Source: a virus
Lineage: Duplodnaviria; Caudoviricetes
IMG/VR virus record: IMGVR_UViG_3300012933_000171
Span: 1 to 64,000 of that record
Direction: 5' to 3' (one strand)
Length of the DNA stretch: 64,000 nt
Below the pieces are notes generated by a model. It was not told the origin of the DNA, did no database searches, and worked only from the letters and a program-made list of their open reading frames with translations. Positions 1 to 9,433 of this stretch are shown in pieces. The stretch's first letter is position 1. Each line of letters starts with the position of its first letter. Made by a program: the position numbers and the translations under genes.

Positions 1-2348
1 AGAACGTTGACCCTAAGTATCAAATGAACCAAGCGTACATTGAGAAACTTAAAAAAGAGTCTGAAGGGTATCAGCAAACTATCAAAGAATTAGAAGCAAA
101 GCTGGCAGATTTGAAGCATCAAAAAGAAGTGTTGTCTGCACCTCCTAAGCCAAAGCCAACCTCAAAACCGGCAACTGCGGATGATAGTATCCCCACTGAA
201 ACAGTTGCAAAGAGAAATAGATTTAAAACACCCAGACGAACATACAACCCCTTAGGTAAATTTTCTAGCTATACCTATAGATTGACAATGTATATGATTT
301 CCCCTGCTACATTTTCTGCATACTTGGATACAGGTGTATGGGACAAAAGCGGTATGTATGTAGTTGCACAATCTGCGGGTGCAGACGGGTTACGTGCACC
401 TGGATTTGAATTCGATTATTTTATCGACAATTTAGAAATTGAAACATCACTAACACCCAAAGAATCGCAATTTAGTGGAGCTGTAACGGACAACTTTAAA
501 TTTGACATTTATGAACCCTACGGCATGACATTCTTGAAGAACCTAATAGAAGCCGCTGAAAAAGTAGGAAATAACCGCGCCCCTAGACCAACCGGTACTC
601 TGGGTCAGGCTGTTAGCCAACACTATCTTATGGTAATTAGATTCTATGGGTATGACGACAAAGGTAATTTAGTCTCATCATCGCAGTCAGCCCCGGGTAC
701 TATAAACAAAACAAATGATCCTGGATTGTTCGAACGGACATACCCGTTCACTATTCAACAAATGTCAACTAAGCTAGACAACAAGGTAACAAGATACCAA
801 ATCGCTGCTGTTCCGATCAATGAGAAGCTCGGCTTGAGTCAGTTTCATTCTGTTATTCAAGAAAACATTAATCTTTCAGGCGCAACTGTCAGTGATATAC
901 TAGTTAATGACCCGTCTAGTCTTATTCAAATTTTAAACAAAAAAGAAGAAGAACTTGTCAAAGCAAAGAAAAAAGATGTTGCAAACAAATACAACATTGT
1001 ATTTGAGGATAGGAGCGGCATTGGTGATGCGTTGTTAGTTGATAAGAATCATTATGTACCAAGTCAAGCACCATTGAATGGACTTCCTGGTGCAGTGAAC
1101 GTGAGAGAAGCAAACAAAGGCGGCGCATCGACTATTAGTAAAAGCAAACGAGCAATACAGATACCTGCAGGAACGAGAATCATGCAAGCAATCGAACAAG
1201 TTGTTAGTCAGAGTACATACATCACTGATTGTCTATCTGTTGTCAACAAAGAAGTATTAGAACCGGTAACTGATGGTGAGGATGTTAGTGTCACAAACCC
1301 AAAGCCCAAAGAGTTAGTATGGTTTACAATCGTGCCTCAAGTAAAGTATTTACCTGAATTTGATACTCGACTTAATTCTAATGCGTATGAAATAACTTTC
1401 TATATAACGAGCTACGAAATTCCCTTCATCAGAAGTGAATATTTCCCGAACAACACTGGATACGCAGGTCCTGCTAAGATATTCAACTACTGGTATACTG
1501 GGCAGAATGAAGGTATGATGTCATTTAATATGACATTCAATGCGCTGTACGATACTGTGGGTAGTTTGTACTCGACAGGTGAAGTTAAGAACAATAGCAG
1601 TGTACCTATGGTATTAACTACATCTATGGGTCAAGACACTGCTGGCAAATTGCCTGGAACATCAGAAGAAGTCTCATCACTAAAAGCATGGCTAATGTCA
1701 CCTGACGACCAGATAAAAGCTAACATAGTAATTTACGGGGATCCAGATTTTTTGATGACAGCATCATATGGTACGTTCGATGAAATGTCATCTACTAATA
1801 TTTCAGAAGAAGCACCAGTGAATCCAGTGAAAGGTGTTGTATATATTGAAGTTGACTTGAAAAGTGTACACGACTATGACGAGTCTGGTAAAATGACCCC
1901 ATTGGCTAATTATCAATTTGCAAAATTTAATGAAGAATTAGAAAAGCAATTACAAGGTCGAATGATTTATATGGTCAACATAGTTAAAAGTAAATTCAGC
2001 AAAGGTGTATTCACGCAAGAATTCAAAGAGTTGTGTGTACCACCGTCTAGTTGGATGAAGCCGAAAGTAACCCAAGATGCACAGACAAGAGAAAGTCCTA
2101 GCAAAGCTGCAGGGTCGATTACTAGCGGAAGATCCACGTCTACATTTGCTAAAACTGATCCTAGACGTTTAGATTTGCCTAAACCAACACACCATGACAA
2201 CGGCAAACCTATATTAGCACCTGCAACAGCAGAAGACGAAAACGCTAATAAAAAATTAGTCGGTAAAGGGTATTCAACCGCAGCACAAGTGTTTAACAAA
2301 GATGCGGTACAGCGTGACCCGGTAACACTATTACCGAAAAGAAAATAA
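1..2348 (+). CDS. Putative baseplate hub/tail-associated structural protein (probably 5'-truncated by the window)
   Basis: 774+ aa ORF with the frame open to the window edge. It lies directly upstream of gp5/gp25/gp6-like genes and has hub-like motifs (FDIYEPYG, I.GDPDFL, SKFSKG.FTQ). Confidence 0.55.
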   Translation, partial: NVDPKYQMNQAYIEKLKKESEGYQQTIKELEAKLADLKHQKEVLSAPPKPKPTSKPATADDSIPTETVAKRNRFKTPRRTYNPLGKFSSYTYRLTMYMISPATFSAYLDTGVWDKSGMYVVAQSAGADGLRAPGFEFDYFIDNLEIETSLTPKESQFSGAVTDNFKFDIYEPYGMTFLKNLIEAAEKVGNNRAPRPTGTLGQAVSQHYLMVIRFYGYDDKGNLVSSSQSAPGTINKTNDPGLFERTYPFTIQQMSTKLDNKVTRYQIAAVPINEKLGLSQFHSVIQENINLSGATVSDILVNDPSSLIQILNKKEEELVKAKKKDVANKYNIVFEDRSGIGDALLVDKNHYVPSQAPLNGLPGAVNVREANKGGASTISKSKRAIQIPAGTRIMQAIEQVVSQSTYITDCLSVVNKEVLEPVTDGEDVSVTNPKPKELVWFTIVPQVKYLPEFDTRLNSNAYEITFYITSYEIPFIRSEYFPNNTGYAGPAKIFNYWYTGQNEGMMSFNMTFNALYDTVGSLYSTGEVKNNSSVPMVLTTSMGQDTAGKLPGTSEEVSSLKAWLMSPDDQIKANIVIYGDPDFLMTASYGTFDEMSSTNISEEAPVNPVKGVVYIEVDLKSVHDYDESGKMTPLANYQFAKFNEELEKQLQGRMIYMVNIVKSKFSKGVFTQEFKELCVPPSSWMKPKVTQDAQTRESPSKAAGSITSGRSTSTFAKTDPRRLDLPKPTHHDNGKPILAPATAEDENANKKLVGKGYSTAAQVFNKDAVQRDPVTLLPKRK

Positions 2349-2362
2349 CAGGTAGAAACTAA

Positions 2363-5300
2363 ATGGAAGATAATTTACAACCTAAAGGTGCCCCTAGTAA
2401 CATGCAAGACGGCGGTGGCGGTCAGGCATTACTAAAGATGCCTGTGAAGGGCATTGTTAAAAACAATATCGACAGCACACGCTCTGGTAGAATTCAGGTT
2501 TTTATTAACAAATATAAAGGAACCAATCCCGACGACAAAAATAGTTGGGTAACAGTGAACTACCTAAGCCCGTTCTTTGGATATACCCCGAATACTGGAA
2601 GCAAAGATTCGAATGGTACTTACTCTGGTAACCCAAACAGCTATGGTTTCTGGGCTACACCTCCTGACATTGGCACAGAAGTATTGTGTGTATTTGAAAA
2701 CGGTGATCCTAACTTCGGGTACTACATTGGATCAATCCCTAAAACAGGGTTGAATCATATGGTTCCTGCTATCGGCTCGACTGATAATATTATCGCAAAC
2801 GGACCAGAATCAAAGAGCTACGGCGGCGCAACAAGATTACCTGTCTCGGAATTTAATAATGCAAACGGTAAACAGAGTGGCTCACCTGACTTATCAAATC
2901 AGCCTAGACCTATTCATAGTTATCAAGCAGCAATCTTAAACAAACAAGGTTTGTTGCGTGATCCTGATAGAGGCACGATTGGCTCAAGTAGTACACGTGA
3001 GACACCTAGTCGTGTGTTTGGTATGAGCACACCAGGACGCCCTATCTACGGAGGTGGATTTGATGATGCGTCAATTAAAGATGCTGTAAAAGATACGTCA
3101 GCACCTGATAGTAGTTTTAAAGTTACTGGTCGTTTAGGTGGACATTCATTTGTTATGGATGACGGGGATTTACAAGGTAGAGACCAGTTATTCAGATTAC
3201 GAACTTCATCCGGTCATATGATTATGATGAATGATAGCGCTGGCACATTGTTCATTATCCATTCAAACGGACAGAGTTATATCGAGTTAGGTAAAGAGGG
3301 TACAATCGATATGTATTCTACCAACTCAGTTAACATCAGGACAATGGGCGACTTAAACCTACACGCTGATAACAATATCAACATCAACGCAGTAAAAGAT
3401 TTGAACATTCGTGCTGAAAACATGAGATTTGAAAGTTCAAAAGAAACATCACAGCTTGTTGGTACTGATTTGAAACAACAAGTTAAAGCAAATCATTCTA
3501 TTAAAGTAGGCTCACAGTATGCAGTAAAAGCGGGCAGTAATGCTGGTATGACTGCTGGCGGCGATGCTTACGTAACTGGCGCAAAGGTGAATCTGAATAC
3601 TGGTAGTATGCCATTAAATCCTGCAGATGTTACACCATTGAAAGAAATAAAGCACAGCGACACATTGAACGACTCAGCCAAAGGGTATGCATCAGCACCG
3701 GGAAAACTATCTAGTATTGCAAGTAGAGCACCTGCACATGCTCCATGGGACGGCGCAGGCAAAGGTGTTGATGTTAAAGTCAACTTAGATGCAGCAGCAA
3801 ACTTCCCCTCACCTCCTGCCCCAGCAGTAGCGGCTGCGAACGCAACAGCACCGTCGGCACCTGATAACACAACAAGCCCTGCGTTGAGCGCATCTGTACC
3901 GTCATCCCCGGCAGCATCACCAACCTTAGATAAAGCAAGCACTACTGCAATGGTATCACAGATGGCTGTTAATGCTGCTACAGGACCTGCAGCCGATGCT
4001 GTCAAAGAAGGAGCAAAAGTAGTACAGACTGAATCAGGTACAACTGCGGCAATCGGTAAACTTGGCATGACACCTCAGCAAATGGAAGATGCAGGTAATT
4101 TGAAGCCGGGCGCATCAGCCGCAGTGTCAGCAGCTATTTCTAGTGGCAAGTCAATCGAGCAAGCACTCACGCCTAATATGTTTACCGGTAAGGATGGAGT
4201 TAACAATGCTTCAGACTTCTTAAAGAGTACTCCTGCTCAAGTGGGCGCGGCAACGTCATTGCTTGCCAAAGGTGAAAGCATGTTGAAGCAAACTGGATTG
4301 TTGTCAGGTAAAGAAAGCCCGACTCAATCAGGTGGATTGATTATGGCGGCAGCAACTAGTGGCATAAAAGCTACTATGGATTTTGTCAAAGGAGCTACCC
4401 CATCGAACTTTAGCTTCCCTAGTCTCCCTTCAGGCTTAGGATTGAGCGCAGATAAGATACCAAATCCATTAGGTGGTGATATCGGTAAGCAAATCGCAGG
4501 TGGTAACTTTGCTACTGGTTTAGCTGATAAAGCACTTTCTGGTTTAAGTGGGCTCGGGGACAAACTAAAAGATGGTTTGAATTCACTGAAAGATTCTGCG
4601 ACTTCCGCTTTCGAGTCAGTCACTGCTAAATTTAAAGATTTTAAAGCAGGTGAGCCAGTTAGCTTGTCAGCAGAGAAATTAAAAAATGAAGCAGCAGAAG
4701 CAAAATCAAGTGGTAGTTTGCTGGACTCAGTTAAAAACATGAATCCTATGGGAGCACTGAACAAAGCAACTGCGAGTTTAGGTGGAATTCTACCCAATGA
4801 TGTTAAGGGTGCATTAGATTCTGCGAAAGGTCTAATGGCATCAGCGTCAAAGTTGGGCGACTCTGCTTCATCGTTGATGTCAAAGGGCTCTGCAATGCTG
4901 TCATCTAGTGGCTCACCTACTGACGGGTTAGCAAATAGTCTAAAGAGTGGAAAGATGGAAGTTCCTGGTTTAGATTCAATCGGTTCTTCAATTAAGAACT
5001 TAGTTGGCTCAACGTCAAATAGCTCAATTAACGGTGCTATCGGTATGGCTAAAACTGCATTAGGTGGGAATAGTCTTGCAGGTAAAGCATTGTCTATGTT
5101 AGGACCTGATCCAGCAGCAAAACTCAAAGGTGCGATTGGATCATTGGGTACTGGTGGCGGCTTGGGCATTAAACTTCCTACTATATCTGAAGGTGGGTTT
5201 GACGCAGGGTCCATCGCAGCTAAGAGTAAAGCATTGCTAGGTGACCCTAAGATTCCTTCATTGAAGTTTGGTGATTCTGCACCACCAGTAGACACTGCTG

Positions 5301-5548
5301 CATTAGTTGAATTAAGTAAGCAGCGCAGAGCCGCAGCAGACAAAGTTAGCGAAACGCAAAAGGCATATGAAGCATCTCTTGAGTCTACTGGTAGTAGAAG
5401 TGACCCTGCAACTGTAGCCGCATTTGCAGCTTATAAGCAAGCATTGGCAGATGTAGATAACGTTGGTTCTTCGTCTTCAGCTCCAGTTCCGGTGTTCAAA
5501 TTATCCGAAACAATGAAGGCAGTTGAAGTGGGACCAGCATCAAGCTAA
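2363..5548 (+). CDS. gp5/VgrG-like baseplate central spike protein with long Ala/Ser/Gly-rich C-terminal extension
   Basis: N-terminal OB-fold signature (GIVKNNID..RSGRIQV...SYGFWATPPDIGTEVLCVF), beta-helix repeats (RTSSGHMIMMND; NLHADNNINI), immediately upstream of gp25. Confidence 0.75.
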   Translation: MEDNLQPKGAPSNMQDGGGGQALLKMPVKGIVKNNIDSTRSGRIQVFINKYKGTNPDDKNSWVTVNYLSPFFGYTPNTGSKDSNGTYSGNPNSYGFWATPPDIGTEVLCVFENGDPNFGYYIGSIPKTGLNHMVPAIGSTDNIIANGPESKSYGGATRLPVSEFNNANGKQSGSPDLSNQPRPIHSYQAAILNKQGLLRDPDRGTIGSSSTRETPSRVFGMSTPGRPIYGGGFDDASIKDAVKDTSAPDSSFKVTGRLGGHSFVMDDGDLQGRDQLFRLRTSSGHMIMMNDSAGTLFIIHSNGQSYIELGKEGTIDMYSTNSVNIRTMGDLNLHADNNININAVKDLNIRAENMRFESSKETSQLVGTDLKQQVKANHSIKVGSQYAVKAGSNAGMTAGGDAYVTGAKVNLNTGSMPLNPADVTPLKEIKHSDTLNDSAKGYASAPGKLSSIASRAPAHAPWDGAGKGVDVKVNLDAAANFPSPPAPAVAAANATAPSAPDNTTSPALSASVPSSPAASPTLDKASTTAMVSQMAVNAATGPAADAVKEGAKVVQTESGTTAAIGKLGMTPQQMEDAGNLKPGASAAVSAAISSGKSIEQALTPNMFTGKDGVNNASDFLKSTPAQVGAATSLLAKGESMLKQTGLLSGKESPTQSGGLIMAAATSGIKATMDFVKGATPSNFSFPSLPSGLGLSADKIPNPLGGDIGKQIAGGNFATGLADKALSGLSGLGDKLKDGLNSLKDSATSAFESVTAKFKDFKAGEPVSLSAEKLKNEAAEAKSSGSLLDSVKNMNPMGALNKATASLGGILPNDVKGALDSAKGLMASASKLGDSASSLMSKGSAMLSSSGSPTDGLANSLKSGKMEVPGLDSIGSSIKNLVGSTSNSSINGAIGMAKTALGGNSLAGKALSMLGPDPAAKLKGAIGSLGTGGGLGIKLPTISEGGFDAGSIAAKSKALLGDPKIPSLKFGDSAPPVDTAALVELSKQRRAAADKVSETQKAYEASLESTGSRSDPATVAAFAAYKQALADVDNVGSSSSAPVPVFKLSETMKAVEVGPASS

Positions 5549-5561
5549 GATAAATATTACT

Positions 5562-6011
5562 ATGGCAACATTCTTCGGTTTCAACACTCAAAAAGCAGAC
5601 GCAATTAAACCTGCACCACAGCCACAGGGTACGTCAGGGTTTATATCTACTGGGCCTGCTACAACTACTGGTAGAAAGTTTCGCTTAACTGACAGGGAAC
5701 TCGTCATTAGAGATTTCACTAATGCAATGAATATTCCACAGGGATCGAAACCCGGAAACCCAAGCTATGGTACAACAGTTTGGCAGTATATCTTTGAACC
5801 AAACGACACTACAACGTCTGCAAAAATCGAAGAAGAACTAATTAGACTTGCCTCACTTGACCCTCGATTATCTTTGCAACAAGTTAATCTATATGCAATT
5901 GACACTGGAATTGTAGTAGAAATGCAAATCACCGTGAGCCCGTTCAATGATGTGCAACTTCTCCAGGTTATATTCGACCAATCTACAGGATCGGCTACTG
6001 TAAGAAGCTAA
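5562..6011 (+). CDS. gp25: Baseplate wedge subunit, gp25-like
   Basis: GSKPGNPSYGT.VWQYIFEP...DPRL motif of the GPW/gp25 family. Start moved from 5523 to ATG 5562, which follows TAAATA and does not overlap the upstream gene. Confidence 0.85.
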   Translation: MATFFGFNTQKADAIKPAPQPQGTSGFISTGPATTTGRKFRLTDRELVIRDFTNAMNIPQGSKPGNPSYGTTVWQYIFEPNDTTTSAKIEEELIRLASLDPRLSLQQVNLYAIDTGIVVEMQITVSPFNDVQLLQVIFDQSTGSATVRS

Positions 6012-6060
6012 AAAATGCACTTTTTTGGTATGATAAATACTATAAAGAGAGCATACAACT

Positions 6061-9000
6061 ATGGCTAACAGTTCAAGACAAACATCTTTATTCGGCGTAA
6101 ACGATTGGAAATCAATCTATAAGAATTACAGTCAAGCTGACTTCCAAAGCTACGACTACGAAACTCTTAGAAAATCAATGGTTGATTTTCTACGTACAAA
6201 CTACCCTGAAACATTCAACGACTATGTTGAAAGTTCAGAATATGTTGCATTATTAGATGTTATCGCATTCATGGGACAAGGTCTTGCATTCCGCAACGAC
6301 TTAAACACACGTGAAAACTTCATCGACACAGCAGAGCGCCGTGACTCCGTCGTCAAACTAGCTAAACTTGTGGGCTACACCCCAAAGCGTAATTCTGCTA
6401 GTCAAGGCTTCTTGAAGATTACTGCTATCTCTACGACAGAACAAATTAAAGACGTTAACAACTTCTCGTTGAATAACGTTACTGTACTTTGGAACGACCC
6501 AGCTAACGTAAACTGGCAAGAGCAATTTAATGCTATCATTAACGCCGCACTTGTTGATGGTCAACGTGTAGGTCGTCCTGGAAATTCTGCTAATATTTTA
6601 GAAGTAAAAACAGATGAGTATTCAATAAGAATCCCGCAAAATTCTTCCCCTGTTGCACCATTTGGAGCAGTAGTAGATGGCAACAATATGACGTTTGAAT
6701 GTACAAGCATGACAAGTGTTGGCGCAGATAAACTGTATGAAATCTCTCCTGGGTCTAGCAACGTATTCAATTTATTGTATCGAAATGATAAGCTAGGGTA
6801 CAGTAGTTCTAACACAGGCTTTTTTGTTTATTTCAAACAAGGCTCACTACAGCAATTCCCTTTCTCGTTCGATGCACAACTTGAAAATCAAAACATAGAT
6901 ATCAACGTCCAAGGAATTAACAATGAAGATGTTTGGTTATATGAATATGATCCAATCACGCTATTACCTACTGAGTGGAAAAAAGTAGAAAGTGTGTTCA
7001 CGAGTCAATCGTCAAACTCATCAAAAAAATTATTCAGCGTAACATCTGGGTACAACGACCAGATTACATGTAACTTCGGTGACGGTGTGTTTGGAGAGAT
7101 TCCTGTCGGCAATTTTGCTTCATACATCAGAACAAGCAATGGATTGTCATATGTTATCGACCCAAGCGAAATGCAAGGAACAACGGTCACTCTTTCTTAC
7201 ATCAGTAAAAATAACAGAACTGAAAAAATAACATTGTCTTTAGAGTTGATGTTGCCAAACGCAACAGCGCAATCACGTGAAACGTTAACTGATATTAAGA
7301 TCCGTGCTCCGCAAAGATTCTACACACAAAATCGTATGGTTAACGGAGAAGATTATAACAACTTCCCGTTTACTATGTTCAACAGTATCGTAAAATCAAA
7401 GGCAATTAATCGTTCAAGCGTTGGCGTAAGTCGCAACTTTGACTTAGCTGACCCTACTGGCAAATATTCTAGTACGAACGACTTTGCGGAAGATGGCGGC
7501 TTGTATATGGATAGAAATGATGATTTCGTCACGTTCACTGCATCAACTACTAACGATATCATTAAATTCTTAACTCGTGATTTGTCGTCAGCTTTGGGCA
7601 GTTACCGTGCTTATCAATATTACTCTCAAGCGTACACTCGATATCAGATTAATACTGAGTCAGGTGATGGTACTATATATTGGAATCAAACTGTATTCAA
7701 TGCTGATTCTAGTACAGGTTATTTCTATAATGCAGGACAAGCACCTGTTTCGGTAGGCATCGTTGCTGGCAATAACATCAAATATCTGACTACCGGATCA
7801 ATGATTAAATTTGTAGCTCCGTCTGGTAAATACTTCACGAAGGGCAATAAGTTAGTCTCGGGCATCGCTGGACCGAGTGATGTAACTTATGTTTGGACTA
7901 GTGTTGCGAGTGTCGTGGGCGATGGTAGCAACAGTGGTGTTGGTAATTTGCCTACAGGAGACGGTCCAATCACCTTGACAAACTACATCCCTGATGGGGC
8001 AATACTTAGTACAGTTATACCGTCATTCACTAATGAGTTCGGATCATTGCTTACTCAAGAAATAGTTAATAACATTATCTTGTCTCAAGATTTTTCATTA
8101 GCATATGACAGCACACTCCTATCAACTCAGGAACGTTGGTCAGTTCAGCCTTACAATGCTACTAACTATTTTGTGAGATTCAGAGGCTTGGGGTATGGTA
8201 AATACATCGTATCTTATAAATCATTGTCATTCTACTTTGGTAGTGTGTCTGATATTAGATTTACATTTGAGCGTAACCGTTCTGTGTATGATCCAACTAC
8301 TGGTAAAGTAGCGCAAGATTCTGTGACTATCCTTAAGACAAATTCTCAATACGGTAATAACTATCCATTAGCAAATGAGATATCATTGAATGTGGTAGGG
8401 CAAACAACTGAGACAGATGGTTATGTTGACGACTTCAGTGTTGAAGTATCGTTGGGTGATATCACTGCAAACAATACATTTAAAAACCCTGACTTCTTTA
8501 CACAAGTTACTGGGTACCAGTTTAACACTCGCAATACATTGCATTTTACTTTCTTTAAAATCGTAACAGATGTCAATAAACTAACTCGTGTTGAGTTAGT
8601 TCCGTCATCTGCTATCGTATCTAATTACGGTACACAATCTGATATTGCAGTTGTTAAATACGAATTCCCTGTAGGACAAGTTTTCTACGCCGTGTTAGAA
8701 GATAAATTTTATCAGTCGATTCACGACACTACCGCAGCTAACATTGTTAACTTGGAATTATTATCGAACTACTCAGTAAAGATTGGTCGTCAGGGATTGT
8801 TCTTCCAGTATAAACATATTTCAGGTGAAACTCACCGTGTAGATCCGTCGACTTCAACAATCATTGATATGTACCTTGTGACTCAGGACTACCTAACACA
8901 GTATAACAACTGGTTACGTGATACTACAGGAACAATTGCTGAACCACTCAGACCAACTATTGCTGAACTATCTGACGCATACAACAAAGTCAATGATTAT

Positions 9001-9414
9001 AAAATGCTGACGGATAGCGTGATATTAAATAGTGTTAGATTCAAGCCACTTTTCGGTAGCAAAGCTGAAACTTCATTACGTGCCACAATCAAAGTAATTA
9101 AGTCAAGCACAACAACTGCTAGTGATAGTGAGATTAGATCCGCTATTATTACAGAAATGAATAACTACTTCAGCATTGATAACTGGGACTTCGGTGACAC
9201 ATTCTACTTTAGTGAATTGAGTGCATACCTACACTCGGCACTAGGAGATTTGATTAGTTCAGCAGTATTAGTGCCGAACGACCCTTCCTTATCATTTGGT
9301 GACCTCTATGAAATTAAGAGTGCACCGTATGAAATTTTTACTAGTGCAGCACAAGCTAGTGACATCGTTGTAATCTCTGCATTAACATCATCAGAGTTAC
9401 AAATTGCAGGTTAA
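6061..9414 (+). CDS. gp6: Baseplate wedge subunit, gp6-like
   Basis: DYETLRKSMVDFL...FNDYVESSE...ENFIDTAERRDSV.KLAKL.GY.PKR, FGDGVFGEIP and QNRMVNGEDY are gp6/baseplate-J-type motifs. Confidence 0.85.
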   Translation: MANSSRQTSLFGVNDWKSIYKNYSQADFQSYDYETLRKSMVDFLRTNYPETFNDYVESSEYVALLDVIAFMGQGLAFRNDLNTRENFIDTAERRDSVVKLAKLVGYTPKRNSASQGFLKITAISTTEQIKDVNNFSLNNVTVLWNDPANVNWQEQFNAIINAALVDGQRVGRPGNSANILEVKTDEYSIRIPQNSSPVAPFGAVVDGNNMTFECTSMTSVGADKLYEISPGSSNVFNLLYRNDKLGYSSSNTGFFVYFKQGSLQQFPFSFDAQLENQNIDINVQGINNEDVWLYEYDPITLLPTEWKKVESVFTSQSSNSSKKLFSVTSGYNDQITCNFGDGVFGEIPVGNFASYIRTSNGLSYVIDPSEMQGTTVTLSYISKNNRTEKITLSLELMLPNATAQSRETLTDIKIRAPQRFYTQNRMVNGEDYNNFPFTMFNSIVKSKAINRSSVGVSRNFDLADPTGKYSSTNDFAEDGGLYMDRNDDFVTFTASTTNDIIKFLTRDLSSALGSYRAYQYYSQAYTRYQINTESGDGTIYWNQTVFNADSSTGYFYNAGQAPVSVGIVAGNNIKYLTTGSMIKFVAPSGKYFTKGNKLVSGIAGPSDVTYVWTSVASVVGDGSNSGVGNLPTGDGPITLTNYIPDGAILSTVIPSFTNEFGSLLTQEIVNNIILSQDFSLAYDSTLLSTQERWSVQPYNATNYFVRFRGLGYGKYIVSYKSLSFYFGSVSDIRFTFERNRSVYDPTTGKVAQDSVTILKTNSQYGNNYPLANEISLNVVGQTTETDGYVDDFSVEVSLGDITANNTFKNPDFFTQVTGYQFNTRNTLHFTFFKIVTDVNKLTRVELVPSSAIVSNYGTQSDIAVVKYEFPVGQVFYAVLEDKFYQSIHDTTAANIVNLELLSNYSVKIGRQGLFFQYKHISGETHRVDPSTSTIIDMYLVTQDYLTQYNNWLRDTTGTIAEPLRPTIAELSDAYNKVNDYKMLTDSVILNSVRFKPLFGSKAETSLRATIKVIKSSTTTASDSEIRSAIITEMNNYFSIDNWDFGDTFYFSELSAYLHSALGDLISSAVLVPNDPSLSFGDLYEIKSAPYEIFTSAAQASDIVVISALTSSELQIAG

Positions 9415-9433
9415 AAAATAGGTAAATAAAGTA

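Noticed and set aside
3568-5343. Long antisense ORFs (166 aa and 339 aa) opposite the spike gene
   Set aside because: Shadow frames of Ala/Ser/Gly-rich coding sequence, with no RBS or recognisable motifs.
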